A stretch of DNA of 61,204 bases, the filler included, from Dugesia japonica (taxonomy: Eukaryota): assembly GCA_001938525.1 (NCBI GenBank). It is 6 parts of 6 records of this genome, joined end to end, with 100 filler letters (N's around TTAATTAATTAA, not from the genome) between each part and the next. Parts side by side here need not be neighbours in the genome. Positions count along the whole stretch, not along the records: positions 49,889 to 61,204 come from MQRL01569564.1; 5 more parts are not named here. The stretch is one strand, 5' to 3'. The position numbers were made by a program, and so were the translations under genes. Under the pieces are notes generated by a model that saw only the letters and a list, made by a program, of their open reading frames with translations, did no database searches and had not been told where the DNA came from. Shown here in pieces: positions 55,001 to 61,204 of this stretch (the first letter of the stretch is position 1; every line of letters begins with the position of its first letter).

Positions 55001-58000
55001 GGCTACCATAAATGCTTCAACCAATTCCATAACTAAAATATCTTTGGCAGCAGTTACATAGCTTGATCTTTCAAAAAATCCTGTTATGGTACTTTGTCGT
55101 TTGGGGTTTGTATAGTCATTCGTGTCATCGTGATGTCCTTTCTTTGCACGCATTGTATGCTTTTTTGTACCCAGATGATCAGTGATAGTCTGTCGTCTAA
55201 TATAATCAGCTGATTCATTGAAGGTCTTACACTACAGTAAACCACCATCAGCGTAAAATTTGTCCTGTCCAAATTCTTTAACTCGTTGTACCGGAGCAAT
55301 ATTCACTGCAGTTTTTTTGCGTTGCTTGTTCATTGCCATACTGAAGGATTAGTATTAGAATTGTATAATAATTTATTTTAACAATTAATAATAATTTATT
55401 TTAACAATTATACCGAAAAGAATTTCAACAATTATTCAATTTTAATATATAATATATTCCAAAATTATAAGTTAATTAAATCAGAAACTTTCAAAAATTT
55501 ACAAAATATTACAAAATATATATTGAATATTNNNNNNNNNNNNNNNNNNNNNNNNNNNNNNNNNNNNNNAATGAGACTTACATAATTAATAATCACAACT
55601 AGAAATTGATATTTAATGATTAAATAGAAATTTCAGATTTATATAGAAATTGATATTAAACTATATTATCAGTGATCACTAAATTTCTTACACGTATTAC
55701 ATAATTAAAAGGTTGAATTACACATTTCCGCGGTGCGGTTGTAAAATTAGAGAATTCCGTGCGCCGCGGTAAATCATGGGCCCTAGTCATTACAAAATGG
55801 CAATTTATAAGGATTGGATTGATATGTATTTTCAGAAAGCCAAATGAGTAAAATCTTATATACAAATGAATTGGACTAAATTTGATTAGATCAAATTTTT
55901 CAAAATGTGAAGATGAATTATTTGCATTAGTCGTTATGAAGAAACGATTATTCGTATAAAATATTTGTTTTTAATTATTGCACAAATTAACAATTAATAT
56001 TTTCGATTTATTCAATNTTGTAAATTCTTAGCCAATTAGAATAATTAAAAGAAATTAAATCGCATTGATTCAAATATGAATATTATTTAGGAACAATGGT
56101 TTCAGATGAAAACTACCGAAATATCGAATAATCTAGTAAACAGAAAGTGAATTGAAGTGTTTTATTACATTAGTACAAAAAGTTTTTTTAAGTTTTGATT
56201 ATGAATTACGGGAAAGCTTTGTTGCTTTTAACAGAAAGATTTAAGAGTTCAATGAAGCTTTTAATAATTTACGTGTAAAACGGGAGTGGGACGTCAAGAA
56301 ATCATTTGGGTCTACTTTGAAATTTTTATATAATACGAACTAAAAAATTGCTTATTATAAAACCTTAATTTATTTACAATTGTTTCATTTATTATTAATT
56401 CTTTATGAATAATATGGAAATTACTTTGTAATCAATAAAAAAAACAAATAAAACAAAGCAATTTAATAAAATATTTATTTGAAATAAATTTCGGTGGAAT
56501 AACCATTGTCAACAGGCAACTAAAAATCATTAAAACACACTATTTAAAAAATTATAAAGATAACGTAATTTCGATTGTGCAATCTCAATAAATAATCAAT
56601 AAAATAATTTTAAGAGCGATACTGAATCCGTTAACTGAACATTAATTTTAGGATTTGAGGTTCTTATCAACAAAGCATCCACATCATTCTCTCTCTCTTA
56701 ATAATTATTAAATGCATTGCACAAGATCTTAAGATCAGAAAACCCTATTGATTTTATACATGTTCTTTGATACTCAACAATAATAATATTTCCTCTATTT
56801 TGACTATGTTCTTGAACTCTNNNNNNGAAATGACGAGAAGTCTCTCTAATGTATGTGGTGTTACACCAATTACAGTTAACTTGATTGACAAGATCAAAAT
56901 ACAAACCTACATGGGTTATAGATTTATTATTGAACATATTTATAACGTTATGATATTTAGATAAACTTTTATATTTAAAATATTCTTCAAGACCTTTCAA
57001 TTAAAATTTTAAAATTTGCAAAGCCTTCANAANAAGGTAATGATTAAANAATTTTAGGATTTTNTTTCTAAAACATCACACACATCCGTCGAAATTAATA
57101 TTTTGTTAAATATAATTTTCTTATTTTTATTTAGCTATATTTGTTCATTTTATTTTGTATTTAAATGAATTTCAATTATTTTTAAATACTTTTATTATTT
57201 GTTAATTTTCTTCGCGTTTTTATAAATTTCCATTCATTATCCATAGTAATGCGTAAATTGGTCGCATTTATGTAAAATTCATCAACATTATAACTTATTA
57301 ATAATTAATTTTTTATGTNGTAAAATTTCAATTTGAAATTATCAAATAAATTTAAATAAAAATTTTACTAATTTATGTATAAATTTTATGTTATTCCGAA
57401 TTAAATAATCAATAAATGCTTAATTTCCAAATAACTGTTTAATTGATCTTATTTATAATTAAATAAGTATTATCATTTATGAGTAGTATTGTGGTTTTAT
57501 TGTTACAACACTCTGGTCAACTGAGCTCAGTGGTGAGAAATTAGGAAATTACTTGCTAATAAACTCATTAACTAACAAACTCTGTCTAATTAATAATTAA
57601 CTAACAATCGTCAAGTAATGCTCGATTTGTCATATAAATTATGGTGTTGTGTCAGCACACTGGTTCATTTGAATCATTATTTCTATTTCCAACGAACATA
57701 AATACTGTCAAATTAAATCGACTATTTCTTGACAAACAAATATTTTATATGATGAATTGTTAACTTATGACCATTGATTCTTTGAGTCAACTGCAAAATA
57801 AAAGAAATTGAAATAATATTATGTTGATATTGATAATATTATAATGAATTTCAATTAATATCCTTATTTTAAAAGAAACTGTTAAGGACACAATTTAATA
57901 TAATCTAGAATATTATTTCGATATATCCGGTAATTATTAAAATGTAATATCCATATTCCCAAAGATTCATTAGATTTGTTTTGTAATTGATATTAGCGAA

Positions 58001-60302
58001 CTGTAACATTTCTCATACTATAAATATTCCTTTTTAATTGAAAAAATTGCTCAATTTAAATAAATTTGTATTTTCAATGGAACATTAATTGAAATATAAT
58101 TTAAAATTTTAATTTAAATCATAGAATCAATATTATTATGATAAAAAATATCAGTAAATTAGTGATAAATTACAGAGAATATTTTCGTAAATTATTACAT
58201 TTTTAAATTATTAATAATAATAGTAATAATAATAATCAATAACATTTAATTTAAAATTATTTTTTTATTTTTGGTTTATTTTATTCTTCTATTAATTTTA
58301 TATTTTACTCATTTCTCATTCTTCAGTGGTTTTATAATTTAATTTCTCACTAAATTACGAGTTTTTAAAGATTGCTATTAACTTGATACTTTCTTCTGTG
58401 GCTATTATTTTCATTTGGTTTCTTACCAAACATTAATATTGTAATAGAATATTGAATGAAAAATAAATAATGTTTCTTTATGGCGAACAACATTTCTGTA
58501 AAAGAATTTGGCCAAGTTTTAAAAAACTAAAAAGATAAGCGTTGGACTTCGTAAATTATTTTTCGATTAAATCGTATTTGATTCTAAAATACCAAATTGG
58601 AATTCGATTATTTTATAATTAAAATTTTTTATTGTTCTTTATATCAAATTTTGTCAAAAAAAAACTTTGTAAAAGAACTTTTTTATTTATTTTAAATAAC
58701 ATTAATTAAAATTATTAATTTTGTGGATCAGATTATTTAGGAAATATTTAATACTAAAAAATTATTCTCTTTATTTTATTAGATTGGTAAATAAGTTCTC
58801 ACGTTTTTTTTATTAAAATGTTTTATAGAAAATACGAATTATTATTTTATTATTCGCAAATAACAAATTAATCAAATGTATAGTCAATATTATTGTTCAA
58901 GACTTTCTAACACTTCTCGACCAATTTGTTGATAATTTTTCGTCTGACATCGTCTGGACGGGTCTCAATGAAATTATTCATCCACACACATGATTGTCTT
59001 CTTCAGATGTATCTCATCTTTCACTTTTGGCTTAGGCGGACTTCCTCAGCTACTCACTTCTTCCACTCCACTATATTGATATAGAGGCACAATTTTCGAT
59101 TTTCATTGTTTTTTCGCTAAATTTGTGACGCGCTCCAGCTCCAATTTTTTGATAAAGATCTATTAAATGCAGATGTTCAAGGATTATTGGATGAATGCAG
59201 TTTATCTTTTCGACATGTTTTCCATGAATATTTGACGGCGATCCTACGTTGAAAGCATTTAAAGACATTCTTCGTCAAATTCAGAAAGTTAACCAAAGCG
59301 GAGCATGACGTTAAGCTCAAAATTTCTATTTTTCAATTATTATGCATATCTTTTGTAGTATTCACAGCTGGCATTATCTCCATGCATGGTACAAATGTCT
59401 CGTTCCGCTGCCGTAGCTATTTAACTACGACGAAGAGCAAAGTAAAGTAAATGTCGAAAATGAACTTTGTCAAACAAAGCAGAAGTAGCTATAAAACACA
59501 AAATAAAAATGCGCGGGAACTTATTTAGCAACCTAATATATTAATATTATTTATATTTATATTAGATTATAATTAATAATGATAATTATTAATTATATAT
59601 GTATAATTCTATTACAAATTACTATTTTGTTATTATATATTAATATTCTTGTTCTTCTTATTCTTGTTCTTGTTCTTTTTGTTCTTGTTCTTGATTTTAT
59701 TCTTCATTTTCTTTGTCTTGTTGTAGTTCTTCTACTTGTTCTTCTTGGTCTTCTTCTTCTTCTTCTTCTTCTTCTTATTCTTATCATTATTTTTATTACT
59801 ATTTTCTTTACAAGTTTATAATTATATTTATAATTAATGCGAATTTCATTGTTAGTAAATGGACAATTAAAATATTGAATTAAATTAATTAATTATGATT
59901 ATAATTTATTTGAATTTAAGCTTGAAATCATTTGTATTAATTAATAATAATAATTTCTTTTATTAGACAGTCCAATTCAATAATGATTTTTCTACCAGTA
60001 AATTATTGGAACAATTTGAAGAAGAACGAAAGATCTGGTTGGAAGAAAAGTTTAAAGTATTAACATATCAAAGACAAATCGAGTTGAATTTTCAACAGCT
60101 GCTTATCAAATGCCGTCGACTTGAATCGCATGTTTTGCAAATGAAATATCAATTGAAAGACAGTCGAAATCGACCTTCTCTTTCTGCCAATCATTCAGAA
60201 GACCATGACAAATCATCAAACAATAGTGTGGATTCATCAAATCGTAGTTATTTCACAAATATCAGTCGTATTGAAGTCACAGAACATCAATCATCATTTT
60301 GA
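24437..60302 (+). CDS. Host gene: LZTS/N4BP3-family (Fez1-type) coiled-coil protein, 5'-partial. Exons: 24437-24527, 24576-24631, 29783-29809, 29850-29931, 41974-42061, 42106-42143, 52094-52372, 59967-60302
   Basis: All junctions are GT-AG with mutually compatible phases, giving one open coiled-coil frame. The last exon, FEEERKIWLEEKFKVLTYQRQIELNFQQLLIKCRRLE, matches the LZTS/N4BP3 motif F.xER..W.EEKEKVI.YQKQLQ.NY..M..RN..LE. The frame ends IEVTEHQSSF*. Confidence 0.8.
24819..25095. repeat. Probable transposon terminus with iterated TTGACCTT motifs (possibly a Polinton TIR)
   Basis: Starts AGTAG, then a C-rich box and several (t)tgacct(t) iterations. A Polinton MCP fragment lies ~2.3 kb downstream. 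Confidence 0.4.
25268..26535 (+). mobile_element. Full-length mariner (DD34D) transposon with frameshifted transposase
   Basis: TA-flanked TIRs ttaggtagttgcattaat / attaatgcaactacctaa; motifs REWFRQFKMGDFDL, IVTCDEK, KVMLSIFWD, HDNAQP and YSPDIAPSDYHLF. Confidence 0.95.
27346..27600 (-). pseudogene. Polinton major capsid protein fragment
   Basis: KYRLLESKLMVRCVRVEPSVLGRHEIGL...IYPL...FTI...IFGDRRLP is homologous to the MCP stretch at ~36480-36560 (KAKLVVRRVRVDQSVMIGHRQGL). Confidence 0.7.
27782..29499 (+). mobile_element. Degenerate piggyBac transposon
   Basis: Acidic N-terminus, KPNKFGITLWLASD...FPYLGK, FFTSMSLA, TIRGNKKELP, RRWSLQIFFNVLDLAAINA and a Cys-rich tail. The right end is CTAGTG-TTAA, with subterminal inverted repeats at 27782-27808 and ~29450-29477. 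Confidence 0.85.
30187..30890 (-). mobile_element. Gypsy 3' end: integrase remnant, PPT and short 3' LTR (~30187-30448)
   Basis: - strand GPYNSTIDGFKYILGVIDYFSKYV; purine tract GAAGGGAGGAA immediately before TGTGATAT at 30448. The far LTR boundary is tentative. Confidence 0.65.
31632..32975 (-). pseudogene. Polinton/adintovirus protein-primed DNA polymerase B fragment preceded by C2H2 zinc fingers
   Basis: KKGMFPHE, IRGG, LLYIDANNL..SMSQSLPY, GYAFKVDLQY and YPLAPEK. Upstream are CP/NDLCKKVFKNKSGLTAHVRSRC and YCEICKLKFTRQNHAKAHYNSKKH. Confidence 0.85.
35205..35530 (-). pseudogene. Polinton terminal ORF with DEDD-exonuclease-like N-terminus
   Basis: VFYIDYEAFQ...YLIT*LCIMD...NDYL...HHLRWIDGD...IFCPYYNHGDY; the C-terminus is also conserved at ~18600-18710. 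Confidence 0.5.
35560..35900 (-). pseudogene. Adenain-like cysteine maturation protease
   Basis: YVINTHTSNLDGENWIAL...VFDPMG (catalytic His position is N) and, in another frame, YQNL..FLCSQYC. Confidence 0.8.
35960..37080 (-). pseudogene. Polinton double-jelly-roll major capsid protein
   Basis: IEAALNFG...FLEAIGY, LNLDFFDQPKYLLPGFNVTIKLTR, KAKLVVRRVRV, YTEAY...GVT and KTGNLKLDVGFYKALTESVT. Confidence 0.85.
37360..37620 (-). pseudogene. Polinton minor capsid (penton) C-terminus
   Basis: IVDSILVGDVRVGLLRSI ... EKPMHLP ... VNIRDYAGRLIDF ... LTLHFR. Confidence 0.75.
37760..39305 (-). mobile_element. Gypsy pol fragment (RT-RNase H)
   Basis: KKNGAIRMCQDF, FSTLDIGQAYYQ, RMPFGL, VYINDIL, FILDTDAS, KELL, DHKPL and YRKGKYHSNADGMSR. 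Confidence 0.92.
40215..40800 (+). mobile_element. Gypsy integrase core/C-terminal fragment
   Basis: SPHEHK.NGLAERAIRTVR, FSFNYT...TGFSLME, FKVRDKVLVK and YDGPF. Confidence 0.8.
43220..44610 (-). mobile_element. Degenerate Gypsy pol (RT end, RNase H, integrase)
   Basis: MKFLGYLI, CNYYRKFI, ALMSAPILCFPD..FILD, NADMISG and SPYHHNATGKIERQFRKIRD. Confidence 0.85.
46268..46700 (-). mobile_element. LTR-retroelement aspartic protease fragment
   Basis: LLLDSGASVTVV ... FIGGVDLM. Confidence 0.75.
48776..49665 (-). mobile_element. hAT (Buster/SPIN/GTF2IRD2-like) transposase, truncated
   Basis: WEHDYVF...CCLICN...KKGNL..HF, KKPFSDG, LDESTD..DISQ...FIR, SITTDRATAMTG and YHCIIHQQ. Confidence 0.88.
50104..50290. 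repeat. (TTA)n microsatellite
   Basis: Pure TTA run spanning an N gap. Confidence 0.95.
51795..52085. repeat. (AAT)n microsatellite abutting a splice acceptor
   Basis: AAT run with a gap, ending ~10 bp before the exon at 52094. Confidence 0.95.
54203..55785 (-). mobile_element. hAT-family element with CGGBP1-like transposase and ~120-bp TIRs
   Basis: TAGGGCCC...GGGCCCTA termini; RVKEFGQDKFYADGG...TITDHLGTKKH (CGGBP1-type finger), IPLEKLNNP, IIADETSD and TRWNSW. Confidence 0.9.
56480..57050 (-). mobile_element. Penelope-like element 3' relic (GIY-YIG endonuclease)
   Basis: CNWCNTTYIRETSRHF..RVQEH, DLKILC and DALLIRTSNPKINVQ, with a degenerate hammerhead core downstream. Confidence 0.8.
58779..59536 (-). 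mobile_element. Internally deleted mariner element
   Basis: TA-flanked imperfect TIRs ttagattggtaaataagttctcacg / ttaggttgctaaataagttcccgcg, with transposase remnants (ILEHLH, HKFSEK, PKVK.EIH.KK). Confidence 0.75.
59645..59790. repeat. Degenerate (CTT/GTT)n microsatellite
   Basis: Iterated tcttgt/tcttct triplets. Confidence 0.9.
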
Positions 60303-61204
60303 ATTGAAATTAATGTTATTAATTTGTTGATTAAATCAATTCTACATCTCACCAAACATCTCAAAATGTTTTTCATTGATTCTGTAAAAGTTGAAAATTT
60401 ATTCAGAGTTTGTGATTTTTTAGAGATTTTTTTATTGCACATCTTTTTTTATCTTTGTATGAAATTCGTCAGTGCTTTATTTCCTTTAGAAAATGTTTGG
60501 CTTTTATTTTCACCCATTAAATTTGCCTTTCAATAATTTGATCACTTCATTATATAAATTCAGATTGAAAAAAATTGAAACCCATTAAAATAAATATTTT
60601 ATTTTAATAGTATATTTTTTTACTGACTTTTGTTTTAAATCATCTTGAAATCCGATAATATTATTTTAAATATTGAAATATTAATAATTTCCCTAAAATA
60701 TTATTATGACAAAATTTTATTGATTNNNNNNNNNNNNNNNNNNNNNNNNNNNNNNNNNNNNNNNNNNNNNNNNNNCAAGATTTTTTAATTTTTCACTATT
60801 TTTTTGTATTGAATTTTTCTCAAAATATGTTACTTACTAACAATAAGTAGAATGGATTTACAAAATAATGTTTAAAAATTATTTTTTTAATGAAAATAAT
60901 CTTTTTATCGTCCGAAAAATTAATAATTATGATACTAATTTATTTCATTCATTTTAATGAGATAAATCAAAACTGTGGTTCTCAACATACTTCTTGGTGA
61001 CCCATTAAAAACTTGCATTTATAACCAATAAAAACGGTGATGTAATTTAGTAATGTGAGTCTTTAAATACTAATTTTATTCCGTAAATTTTTTCATATAT
61101 TTTAGAATACTTTTTAGTTTTTTATGGACATTTTGGGATTTTAGGCTTTAATTGATTTACTGCATCATTACCACCGCTTTTATTTTGCATTCCAATATTA
61201 TTAC

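Overview
Very AT-rich eukaryotic (invertebrate) draft-assembly DNA. Base composition, tiny GT-AG introns and the transposon mix suggest a flatworm/planarian-like genome, but that is inference. Five N-flanked TTAATTAATTAA linkers mark contig joins. One host gene can be reconstructed on the + strand: eight phase-compatible exons (24437-60302) encoding a coiled-coil protein with the LZTS/N4BP3-family C-terminal motif. Its large introns hold decayed mobile DNA: two mariner elements, a piggyBac, two hAT elements (one CGGBP1-like with ~120-bp TIRs), several Ty3/Gypsy fragments, a Penelope-like GIY-YIG relic and Polinton/adintovirus relics (pPolB, major and minor capsid, adenain protease). Upstream are a truncated protein-kinase gene, a second Penelope relic, another Polinton relic and a MITE. 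Both Penelope relics have a hammerhead-like core downstream. The most unusual object is a decayed Ty3/Gypsy element on the - strand (~2460-10236). Its order is LTR, PBS, Gag (three Zn knuckles), two to three ubiquitin-like domains, a chuvirus/gB-type class III fusion glycoprotein with a TM segment, protease, RT, integrase tail, and a possible FN3-like ORF. The envelope-like gene therefore sits between gag and pol rather than after pol, preceded by ubiquitin-like repeats. All protein family calls come from visual motif recognition; no database searches were run.
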